Shown one piece after another: positions 16,350-24,037 of a stretch of 32,000 bases of DNA (within the stretch, counting starts at the first letter, position 1; every line of letters begins with the position of its first letter). Origin of the DNA: Acaryochloris thomasi RCC1774 (lineage in GTDB: Bacteria; Cyanobacteriota; Cyanobacteriia; Thermosynechococcales; Thermosynechococcaceae); NCBI RefSeq assembly GCF_003231495.1, contig NZ_PQWO01000006.1:90001-122000 (forward strand). The letters run 5' to 3'. Made by a program: the position numbers and the translations under genes. The notes beneath the pieces were generated by a model that saw nothing but the letters and a program-made list of their open reading frames with translations, was not told where the DNA came from and did no database searches.

Positions 16350-18350
16350 GTGCTGTCGTCAGAGTCAAACACTATGGATATTTTTGTGAACGTCATTAGC
16401 AGTGCACAGTCAATACCAGCTGATCGTATCGAATATGGATATCTACCGACATATATACAAGATATTCAGCGAGCTTGGCGACTGGCGGAACAGCCGTATG
16501 ATAAAGATCCCAAGGGTGCCGTTGACGTAGCTCCTATTCCGGGTTGTGAGAAGCCAGCAGCTATTGCACTTCAGGTTCGATATGCCGCAACCCTCTCAGT
16601 CCTCAATAGCCTTGTTAGTCAAATTCCTGCGCCATTGATAGCAGCTCTCGTGACTCAGCGAATCTGGACATTAGAGCAAGCCTGGACTCTCATGGAGCAT
16701 TCTTCACCAAGAAAGCAGGTGGAGATTTTCGAATGCTTAGTAAATCATCTATCTGATGCTGAACAACACCCGGCACTGGCTGCTGTTCTGTCCGTTCATG
16801 ACGAATCGGCACGCGCTCGTATGTTGAGTTTGCTAGCCCCGGTTCTGTCTGAAGCACTGTTGATCCAAGTATTAGAACACCTAGGGGAGCTGACATCGGA
16901 GCACTACCGTTCTCTGGTCCTCTGTCGTCTGAGCTGCTATCTCCCTTCTAGTCTTGTTCCACGGGTTATTAATCTCACCTATGAGATTAATAACCCGATT
17001 GACCGGCTGACTGTGTTGAGTTGTTGGGTACAGCGCCAAATATCACTGTTGCCTAAGATCTTCGCTGCTCTGAAGTTGATTCAAGAACCTCAGGTCTTGA
17101 GTCAGGTCCTCGCGACTATTGCTCCCCATCTGCCTGCTCACTTCGTACCTATCGCTATTCAGATGGCTCGAAGCGTTGATGAGCCAGAGGAGCGGTATGA
17201 CATTCTAAGCGCACTAGCCATCCATCATTCACCTTTGCAATCTGAAGTGCTAGAGCTGTCTAGCTATCTGGAAGATGAGTTCACACTCGCCAATTCTCTT
17301 GCGAGCCTAGCGGCTGACGGTGCTTTTGAGACCAGTGAGGAGATATTAACGAGGATCAGTCAGATTGAAAATGAAGCCGCTCGAACCCTGGGCTTGAGCC
17401 TGGTTGCCCCACACCTGGCAAACGTGATTATGGCCGAGCTATTACAGGAGATACAGCGCCTGCAATCTGAACACCATCGCGTCCAGGTTTTCAAGAACAT
17501 TCCTCTGTCAGCCTCGATTATCCCGCAGGTGCTGCAAATGACTGCAGGTTTCAAGAATGCTGGAGCGCTTGCTACAGCTCTCAGTACTCTGGTGCCGGTT
17601 AAGCCCACCCTCATGCCAGAAGCACTGCAGGCAGCTCAACAGATTGAAGATTTACGCGTTCGAGCTAATGTCCTTGGGGAGATCGCGATTCATCAACCGA
17701 CCCTCTGGCCCACTGTCTTGGATGCCATTCGACAAATCCCTAGTGAGTTATCACGTGCGACAGTACTTCGACATCTGGCTCCCCACTTACCAGAGCTATC
17801 TATGGCATCTGCGCTCGATCTAGTTGCTGAAATATCAGAGTTGCCTGTGCGCGGTCAAGCTCTTAGCGGCTTGGCGATGTATCTACCCCAGCATCTCTTG
17901 GGGAGAGCGCTGACTCATGTTCTGGAGATTCCAGATTTGTCGGTCTTCGCTTCGATTGCACAACAGTTTGAGCCGACTCAAGTCGTGGCCCATCGCTGTA
18001 TCGATAGAGTTTCTGTGCTTAATGCATTAGCCTCCTATGTACCTGAAGAACTGCTAACGGAAAACGTTCAGATAACTGAGCAGATTGACGATCCAAAACT
18101 CCGTGCCCAAGCTTTAAGTGGACTACTGCCCCAACTCAATCTGAAACCAATCGATGCTGCTAAGCTAAGTGAGCGGCTGCACTGTCTAGCCTCTCGCTGC
18201 CACCAAGATTTCTTGGCGGATCTATTGAGGTTGGGACCAGCAATCGCCCATCTTGGTGGACCTGAGTGTTTATCGGAAATTGCTCAGCATCTGCAAACCC
18301 TAGAATCTCAGTGGGTGCAACGTTCTCTCTTGAGGCCTCAATTAAAATAA
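16350..18350 (+). CDS. Helical tandem-repeat protein (about 14-15 units of about 31 aa, R-x-x-x-L-x-x-L-A-P-h-L-P type); function unknown
   Basis: Recurring units include ARARMLSLLAPVLSEALL, SQVLATIAPHLPAHFV, ARTLGLSLVAPHLANVI, RATVLRHLAPHLPELSM, RGQALSGLAMYLPQHLL, RVSVLNALASYVPEELL and RAQALSGLLPQLN. The track start is GTG 16350. ATG 16374 (MDIFVNV) is more likely. Confidence 0.75.
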   Translation: MLSSESNTMDIFVNVISSAQSIPADRIEYGYLPTYIQDIQRAWRLAEQPYDKDPKGAVDVAPIPGCEKPAAIALQVRYAATLSVLNSLVSQIPAPLIAALVTQRIWTLEQAWTLMEHSSPRKQVEIFECLVNHLSDAEQHPALAAVLSVHDESARARMLSLLAPVLSEALLIQVLEHLGELTSEHYRSLVLCRLSCYLPSSLVPRVINLTYEINNPIDRLTVLSCWVQRQISLLPKIFAALKLIQEPQVLSQVLATIAPHLPAHFVPIAIQMARSVDEPEERYDILSALAIHHSPLQSEVLELSSYLEDEFTLANSLASLAADGAFETSEEILTRISQIENEAARTLGLSLVAPHLANVIMAELLQEIQRLQSEHHRVQVFKNIPLSASIIPQVLQMTAGFKNAGALATALSTLVPVKPTLMPEALQAAQQIEDLRVRANVLGEIAIHQPTLWPTVLDAIRQIPSELSRATVLRHLAPHLPELSMASALDLVAEISELPVRGQALSGLAMYLPQHLLGRALTHVLEIPDLSVFASIAQQFEPTQVVAHRCIDRVSVLNALASYVPEELLTENVQITEQIDDPKLRAQALSGLLPQLNLKPIDAAKLSERLHCLASRCHQDFLADLLRLGPAIAHLGGPECLSEIAQHLQTLESQWVQRSLLRPQLK

Positions 18351-19327
18351 GTCTTATACTTTTTGTAGAGCTTAAGGCCAGGAATCGGCTGCTTAAAGGT
18401 CTTAGGGTAACGATACCTGCGGTCCATATATTCCTCTTGCAGGTGACGAATCGCTAGATAATTCTCGTACCATTGCTCAAGAAGAACGACAAGAGCCTGA
18501 AATTTTGGATAAGCTAACTTGTACTTTTCACTTAGGGCAGCGTACTGCAGTAAAATGCCGTAGGCTTTTGTACTGTGGAGAGTGGTCGGTAGCGCAATAA
18601 CCTGCGCCATTTTTTCAAAGGTCTCGTAGTTTGCGATAACTTCGCCATTCAAGTATGCGCGATCTAATAAATCAGTTCTCTGGAGCTGGTCAATAATGGC
18701 AGAGATTGTTCTCAATATAGAGAAATCGGTTAGCTGGTGCTGCTTGAATGAGCATAGCAGTTGAAAGCTGAGGGGATGGTTTGCAACAACTCTCAAGTGC
18801 TTGAAATAGGACTGTAAAGCTGTTTTGCCTTCAGACGTCCGCATTTGGGTGATTGTCTGGCCATATTGTTGCTGTACTGAATCGATAAATTCAATGGGCG
18901 ATAAATGGGCTGGATAAAGGGATTCAATAAACCGATAAAACTCGGACTGTTTAGTGCTGTGATGCCCAAATTCAATACTTTCAATGCCCAGGAAAGCAGT
19001 TTTCGCCTTGATCCCAGCCATTAATAGGTCGATATAGGCGTCTAAATTCTCATAACTCGAATTTCCTACAGCGAGATCTCGCTTCATGCGCACAAATGCA
19101 AGAAACTCTTGATTTCCGAATTTGTCTCGATCGATGGCGTTGGCTCGAACTAGCAATGCTTCAATATTTCTGAAATGCCGATCGTATAGGTGAATTGCAT
19201 TCTCTGGAACAGCTTCCTTCTGAAAGCTTTTGTAGAAGGCTGATATCTGTTCGACCATGCTTTGATTGCCAATGAGTGGCCGATTCCACCAAGGCTTTTT
19301 CTGCTTTAGGTTTTGTAAGACTGCCAT
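18338..19327 (-). CDS. Hypothetical protein (329 aa), A+T-rich gene
   Basis: Long uninterrupted ATG-initiated ORF, predicted all-helical, with no motif recognised. Its 3' end overlaps the convergent repeat-protein gene by 13 nt. Confidence 0.6.
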   Translation of the reverse strand: MAVLQNLKQKKPWWNRPLIGNQSMVEQISAFYKSFQKEAVPENAIHLYDRHFRNIEALLVRANAIDRDKFGNQEFLAFVRMKRDLAVGNSSYENLDAYIDLLMAGIKAKTAFLGIESIEFGHHSTKQSEFYRFIESLYPAHLSPIEFIDSVQQQYGQTITQMRTSEGKTALQSYFKHLRVVANHPLSFQLLCSFKQHQLTDFSILRTISAIIDQLQRTDLLDRAYLNGEVIANYETFEKMAQVIALPTTLHSTKAYGILLQYAALSEKYKLAYPKFQALVVLLEQWYENYLAIRHLQEEYMDRRYRYPKTFKQPIPGLKLYKKYKTYFN

Positions 19328-19832
19328 ACTCTACATCGCAATATCGCTAGCTCTCCCCAATATTACTTTGAAGGGTCGGCTAGAAACTGGGGAGAAGGCT
19401 TATATTTTACCTCGAAAGAATCAATATGATACGGATCATGTGTTCTAGCAACTGACCTTAGTTGGATGCTCTTTTTGTTTGGTGTCTATTTGTTTCGATT
19501 GATTGAATATTTATTTATGGCAGAAAATAGCTCGGGGAGCAAATTGTAGATAAAGTCGCTCTTGGCTTATAAAGAGGAGGCTGCTTTGTGATTCCAGGAA
19601 GGAAGAATTTTAGACTTAAAACTTTACAGGAATAAGTTCATATTTGTATAGAAATAAGCCTTCAAAGATAGACTTTTCCCTGCAAAAAAAACTGCCCCGT
19701 TTGATCTTTTATCGCCGCAGTGCTGATGAAGCCTCTTTGCTTGAACCTTGGAGCACTGTTGGAGGCTGAAGTGTTTGTAGTGTAAGGCTTTGAAAGACAA
19801 CCGTTTACTGGATTTTCAAAGAATGGATTTTT

Positions 19833-20762
19833 CTAGAGAGGGGAAGACTCATTTTGGGCCGATGTACTGCAGCGCTTGAGCCAAGATCCTTCTGACTTCC
19901 AGGCTTGTTCTTGATAGAGCAGAGCAGTGAGGTGAGTGATGGAGAGCAAAATAGCTGCGATCGCAAGTACATAGCTATGCAGCGCATACATGTGCTGGAG
20001 CGTTAGGCTGCTGATTCCGGCTCCTCCGGTCAAGAAGGCTCTTAGCCCAGGGCCAACCAGCGGAATAGAGGCGATAGTCCCCATTTCAATCTTGAAGCGC
20101 CAGAACCCTGCCTGGTCCCAATTGAGAACGACGGCAGTCCAGCTTAGGCCGATGGCTGAAACGGTCAAGAGCAATCCGCTAATCCAGGCTGTGAACCAGG
20201 GCAGCAAAAACTGACGTCCCAAGTACATCACTACAATCTGAATGAGAGCTAAGACAATTAGGCCATTGCCCGCAATGTTGTGCAGACTGAGGATGAGAGT
20301 GCCGCAGGAAATTTGGGTTGCGATCGCAACCAACGATTGATGGGCCCCCATTGCAGAGGGTTCATAATAAAATGCCAGCATAATACCCGTAAAAGCCGCC
20401 ACGCCGCAGAGTGTAAGCTCTGCCACAGCTAAGAGCGTCGCCAGCCGTTGGAGGACAAAGAAATACTGGCTAGTGAATGGGTTTTTATCTTGATCCAAAT
20501 CTAGAGGTTGGGCAGTGGTTTTTCTGCGGGGCAAGAAGCGCTGTAGCTGATGAATGACAATGATGCTGCCAACGTAAATGACAAAATAGAGCAGTCGCCA
20601 GCGAAAGATTAACGTGGCTTGCCAGTCTCGATAACGGGCTTGCAAGGCTGGATACGAAGCTGTGATGTCTCGCAACCAGTCCTGGTAAGTTAGCCATTCC
20701 TCTGGGAAACGGCTGATGAGTTTGCCGATAGCGCCTGCTCGTTCAATATCCTTTGCACTCAT
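19833..20762 (-). CDS. Cytochrome b/b6 N-terminal-domain-like membrane protein with an N-terminal extension
   Basis: Aligns by eye to PetB: TGIMLAFYYEPS / TGFAMTFYYRPT; LSLHNI / RSVHRW; LNWDQAGFWRFKI / LPWDQIGYWAVKI; IPLVGPGLRAFLTGG / IPVIGSPLVELLRGS; YALHSYVL / YSLHTFVL; SITHL / MLMHF. The second heme-ligand His is replaced (LIQIV versus ILHVF). The start lies 1 nt after the padR stop. Confidence 0.75.
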   Translation of the reverse strand: MSAKDIERAGAIGKLISRFPEEWLTYQDWLRDITASYPALQARYRDWQATLIFRWRLLYFVIYVGSIIVIHQLQRFLPRRKTTAQPLDLDQDKNPFTSQYFFVLQRLATLLAVAELTLCGVAAFTGIMLAFYYEPSAMGAHQSLVAIATQISCGTLILSLHNIAGNGLIVLALIQIVVMYLGRQFLLPWFTAWISGLLLTVSAIGLSWTAVVLNWDQAGFWRFKIEMGTIASIPLVGPGLRAFLTGGAGISSLTLQHMYALHSYVLAIAAILLSITHLTALLYQEQAWKSEGSWLKRCSTSAQNESSPL

Positions 20763-20763
20763 G

Positions 20764-21093
20764 TCATGCTCCCTTAGGTTCTGGGGTCCAATGCGCGATA
20801 CTTTTTAGCAGTAATTGTTTGGTCTCAAGAGCCTCGGCTCCTGTACCGGTTATGCGGTAGTACTTTCGTCTTGCTCCGGTATGTTTTTCAGGGGCTTCTT
20901 CTCCCCACTCAGATTTGACAAAGCCTTTCTGCTCAAGCTTTTTGAGGTTGGGATAAAGCGAGTTAAACCCAATTTGCTTACCACCACTTTGCTCAATCGC
21001 CTGTAATATCTCTAGCCCGTAGCGTCTCTTGAATTGAAGTGCAGCCAGAATAATCTCCTGGTTGGGTGTTAGACGCAAATCTTGAGTACTCAT
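20764..21093 (-). CDS. PadR family transcriptional regulator (short, about 110-aa class)
   Basis: Winged-helix pattern ILAALQFKRRYGLEILQAIEQ...GFNSLYPNLKKLEQKGFVKSEW...RRKYYRITGTGAEAL. Confidence 0.9.
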   Translation of the reverse strand: MSTQDLRLTPNQEIILAALQFKRRYGLEILQAIEQSGGKQIGFNSLYPNLKKLEQKGFVKSEWGEEAPEKHTGARRKYYRITGTGAEALETKQLLLKSIAHWTPEPKGA

Positions 21094-21104
21094 ATTGATC
21101 GCAA

Positions 21105-21161
21105 AAGACTATCACTAAGATATATCTACGGAAATAAGACTATATCTATTATTTAGATATA
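21105..21161. promoter_or_regulatory. Candidate PadR operator / promoter region
   Basis: Perfect 10-bp palindrome AGATATATCT (21118-21127). Perfect 8-5-8 inverted repeat TATATCTA-N5-TAGATATA (21141-21161). Each is preceded by the direct repeat AAGACTAT (21105 and 21136, 31 bp apart). All lie within 70 nt upstream of the padR ATG. Confidence 0.45.
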
Positions 21162-21205
21162 CAGTATCTGTGAAAGTCATGCAATGCTTATTGCCCTATA
21201 AATGT

Positions 21206-22678
21206 TTAGAATCCCTGTGGTGTTTGTCGATCTCCGATGATGCTGTCGAGTTGAGTTGCGATCGCAAACAGATCCCCTTCCCTCCACCGCTTACCAACAA
21301 TCTGCAGTCCCACAGGCAATCCTTCCAGAGTTTGCCCTACAGGAATCACCACCGCCGGATGTCCGCTCAAATTAAAGGGCATCGTATAGGCCCCATTCGC
21401 CACCCCATGCGGATAGGCACGACCGTCAACATCAATCGCAGTCCATGAGGGACGATGGGTAAACGCTGGAGTAACCGCCACCGGGCACAGCCAAGCATCC
21501 CACGGCTCAAGAATCGAATCGATGTGAGCCGTGAAGCGATCGCGTTCTGTCAGGGTTTCAAAATATCCCTTTAGGCTGGGGTTGAGTAACTCAGGCAAAA
21601 AGCGACTGAAGTTTCCTAACCGTCGCAGCTCCTTATCTCCCTGGGTAGCTGTCCGCCACAACAGCTTTACGCTATGGCGAATCGTGTGGCGATTCACCGG
21701 CTGGGCGTATTTATTGACGTAGGCCGCCATCCGTCCATAGAGTTCAAACATTTTTGAAAAGTCAAAGGAAGCCGGTTCCTCCATCCGGATGCCTGCATCC
21801 GTTAGTTTGCGGAGAACGCCTTGCAGAATCTGCTGTGTTTCAGCACTAATGGGAACCTCGGGCCACTCCTCTGTCCAGGCTAGTTTAAGAGACTGCAGAG
21901 ACTTCTCTGACGGAGAATTGAGCGGAATGGGTGGCACCTCTGGGCGACGTGAATCAGCACCCGCAATTAGAGAAAAGCCAAGCTTGAGATCCTGTAGTGA
22001 TCGCGCCAGGATCCCCACCGTCATCATTTGACGTAGGCAAACCGGCAGCCCAGGCACCTCTGGAATTGTCCCGGCAGTGGAAATTCGTCGATCCGTAGGC
22101 TTCAACCCGTAGATACCGCAGAAATGAGCGGGCTGTCGTACCGATCCAGCGATGTCGTTGCCAAAATCTAGGGCTGATAGTCCTGCCGCCACCGCAGCCG
22201 CACTCCCACCAGAGCTGCCGCCGGGAGTATAGTTCAAATTCCAAGGATTGTTGACCTGCGGGAAAAGAGAATTGGTGCTTTGAAAATCACCGCCCAGCTC
22301 GGCTAAATTGCTTTTGCCCATGATGATCGCTCCAGCCGCCCGCAGTCGAGCAACAACAGTGGCATCCTGTTGAGGAATATAGTCTTTGAGCGGCATATAA
22401 CCGGCAGTGGTCTTGAGTCCTGCGGTTTCAAAAATATCCTTGAGGGTGATTGGAACACCGTGCAGTGGCCCCCAATTTTCTCCCTTTGCCAGGGCAGCAT
22501 CTGCCTGCTTTGCTCTATTGCGAGCGCTGTCTTCATCTAAGGTACAAATTGCGTTGAGTTTGGGATTGTGCTGAGCAATCTGCACCAGATAGGCGTCGAG
22601 GAGTTCGGTGGCGGAGAGGGTGCGATCGCAAATCATTCCCGCCAACTCGCAGGCCGATCGAAAAACTAAATCAGTCAT
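21206..22678 (-). CDS. Amidase (amidase-signature family)
   Basis: The GGSSGGSAAAVAAG signature is present. Upstream lies LHGVPITLKD, containing the conserved Lys of the AS family's Ser-cisSer-Lys triad. Confidence 0.9.
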   Translation of the reverse strand: MTDLVFRSACELAGMICDRTLSATELLDAYLVQIAQHNPKLNAICTLDEDSARNRAKQADAALAKGENWGPLHGVPITLKDIFETAGLKTTAGYMPLKDYIPQQDATVVARLRAAGAIIMGKSNLAELGGDFQSTNSLFPQVNNPWNLNYTPGGSSGGSAAAVAAGLSALDFGNDIAGSVRQPAHFCGIYGLKPTDRRISTAGTIPEVPGLPVCLRQMMTVGILARSLQDLKLGFSLIAGADSRRPEVPPIPLNSPSEKSLQSLKLAWTEEWPEVPISAETQQILQGVLRKLTDAGIRMEEPASFDFSKMFELYGRMAAYVNKYAQPVNRHTIRHSVKLLWRTATQGDKELRRLGNFSRFLPELLNPSLKGYFETLTERDRFTAHIDSILEPWDAWLCPVAVTPAFTHRPSWTAIDVDGRAYPHGVANGAYTMPFNLSGHPAVVIPVGQTLEGLPVGLQIVGKRWREGDLFAIATQLDSIIGDRQTPQGF

Positions 22679-22714
22679 GAGGGGACTCTATGCCGCAGAC
22701 TTAATGGAGTTCAT

Positions 22715-22737
22715 TATATACCTATTTAGTTAACGGC
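22715..22737. promoter_or_regulatory. Candidate TetR operator in the divergent amidase/tetR intergenic region
   Basis: Perfect 9-5-9 inverted repeat TTTAGTTAA-CGGCA-TTAACTAAA in the 76-bp intergenic region, ending 17 nt upstream of the tetR ATG. Confidence 0.5.
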
Positions 22738-22754
22738 ATTAACTAAAATAAATT

Positions 22755-23342
22755 ATGGGTCGCCCCACAAAAGAAAATTCACTTTCTCGTCAGGATGTCA
22801 TCAACGCAGCGGTCGAATGCATCGATCAGGAGGGGGCATCTGCATTGGGAGTCAGTCGAGTGGCGCGTCGTCTGGGTATTAAGCCACCTGCTATCTATAG
22901 ACACTTAGAAAATGGTACCCATCTACAGCAGGCGACAGCTATCGAGATTTGGCAGCGGTACCTTTCTGATTGCGAGCAGACACTGGCGGGTAAAGATATT
23001 ACGCTGAGCTTGCTCAAGCAGCTCGGTTTTTTCATTCGGGACTTTGCCAAAAGCTATCCTGGGCGCTACCAGGTCATGATGCATGTGCAGCTCCAGCCGA
23101 ACGACCCAGATGCCGCCACTGTTATCAACCGCAGCCTTGACTTTCTGCGTCAAGCTCTCTGTGCCTATGACCTAACAGAGACGCAGCTTATTGATGTGAT
23201 GCGGATGCTGAATGCCGCTATCTATGGTTTTATCTCCGTGGAGCAGTCAGGTTTGATGACGTTAGAGCGACCTGCTGACCAGAGCTATGGCGTTATGCTA
23301 GAGGCACTGATCGCTGCAGTTAAATATGTTGAGGGACAATAG
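22755..23342 (+). CDS. TetR/AcrR family transcriptional regulator
   Basis: N-terminal HTH: RQDVINAAVECIDQEGASALGVSRVARRLGIKPPAIYRHL. Confidence 0.9.
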   Translation: MGRPTKENSLSRQDVINAAVECIDQEGASALGVSRVARRLGIKPPAIYRHLENGTHLQQATAIEIWQRYLSDCEQTLAGKDITLSLLKQLGFFIRDFAKSYPGRYQVMMHVQLQPNDPDAATVINRSLDFLRQALCAYDLTETQLIDVMRMLNAAIYGFISVEQSGLMTLERPADQSYGVMLEALIAAVKYVEGQ

Positions 23343-23434
23343 ATGTTGCGATCGCAAAGTCTTGTCCAACGATCATTCGCCGACTTCTAAGGTGAGAATC
23401 ACCCCTGTTGCCGATAGAGCCTGACCTGGAGAGC

Positions 23435-24037
23435 TTAAAACTCCTTCAGAGCCGTACCTTCAACGCAGGTGTCGTCCAGAATTGTGCCCTGCAAAGCTGC
23501 ATGGTCAATTTGGGCACACAGCAGGTTTGCCTGCGACAAATTAGCACCCCGCAGGACTGCGCCGCTAAGATTGGCTTCCTCTAGGTTTGCCTGGGAAAGA
23601 TCGGCCCCCGCTAGGTTTGCATTACTGAGGTCAGCACGATGCAGGATGGCACCCGTTAACGTTGCCCCTCGCAAATCGGCCCCCCGTAGATCCGTATCTG
23701 CTAAGTCCAGTTGGCTCAAAACAGCACCGGCCATAAATGCGCCGGCAAAGCTCGTTTGCCTGATGTTGGCTTCTAAAAGTGATGCACCCCGTAGGTCTGC
23801 ATTGCGAAAGTCTGCATCTCTGAGGTCTGCCCCGGCCAAATCAGCACCTCGGAAGTTGGCTCGTGCTGTTGCCTGCTGTAGGTTTGCGCCACTTAATGCC
23901 GCCCCAGCAAGATTTGCCTGTGAAAGATTTGCCTGCGATAGCTGGGCCCCGGCTAAATCAGCGCCCGCGAGGAAAGCATGAACCAAATCTTTGAGCGTAC
24001 CCTTCCGGATCGCCTCTACGTTAATGGATGTATTCAT
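23435..24037 (-). CDS. Pentapeptide repeat protein
   Basis: A(D/N)LxG/A pentads run through nearly the whole length (ADLAGAQLSQANLSQANLAGAALSGANL...). The start overlaps the stop of the upstream gene (ATGA at 24034-24037). Confidence 0.9.
   Translation of the reverse strand: MNTSINVEAIRKGTLKDLVHAFLAGADLAGAQLSQANLSQANLAGAALSGANLQQATARANFRGADLAGADLRDADFRNADLRGASLLEANIRQTSFAGAFMAGAVLSQLDLADTDLRGADLRGATLTGAILHRADLSNANLAGADLSQANLEEANLSGAVLRGANLSQANLLCAQIDHAALQGTILDDTCVEGTALKEF

Noticed and set aside
19684-19721. Possible minus-strand terminator after the cytochrome b-like gene (5-bp stem ACTGC/GCAGT followed by a T8 run on the minus strand)
   Set aside because: The stem is only 5 bp with a 21-nt loop, which is too weak to call without 3'-end mapping.
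23469-23981. 170-aa plus-strand ORF rich in A/R/S/K, antisense to the pentapeptide-repeat gene
   Set aside because: It is a shadow frame produced by the low-complexity, GC-rich pentapeptide repeats. The minus-strand frame has the clear A(D/N)LxG periodicity.
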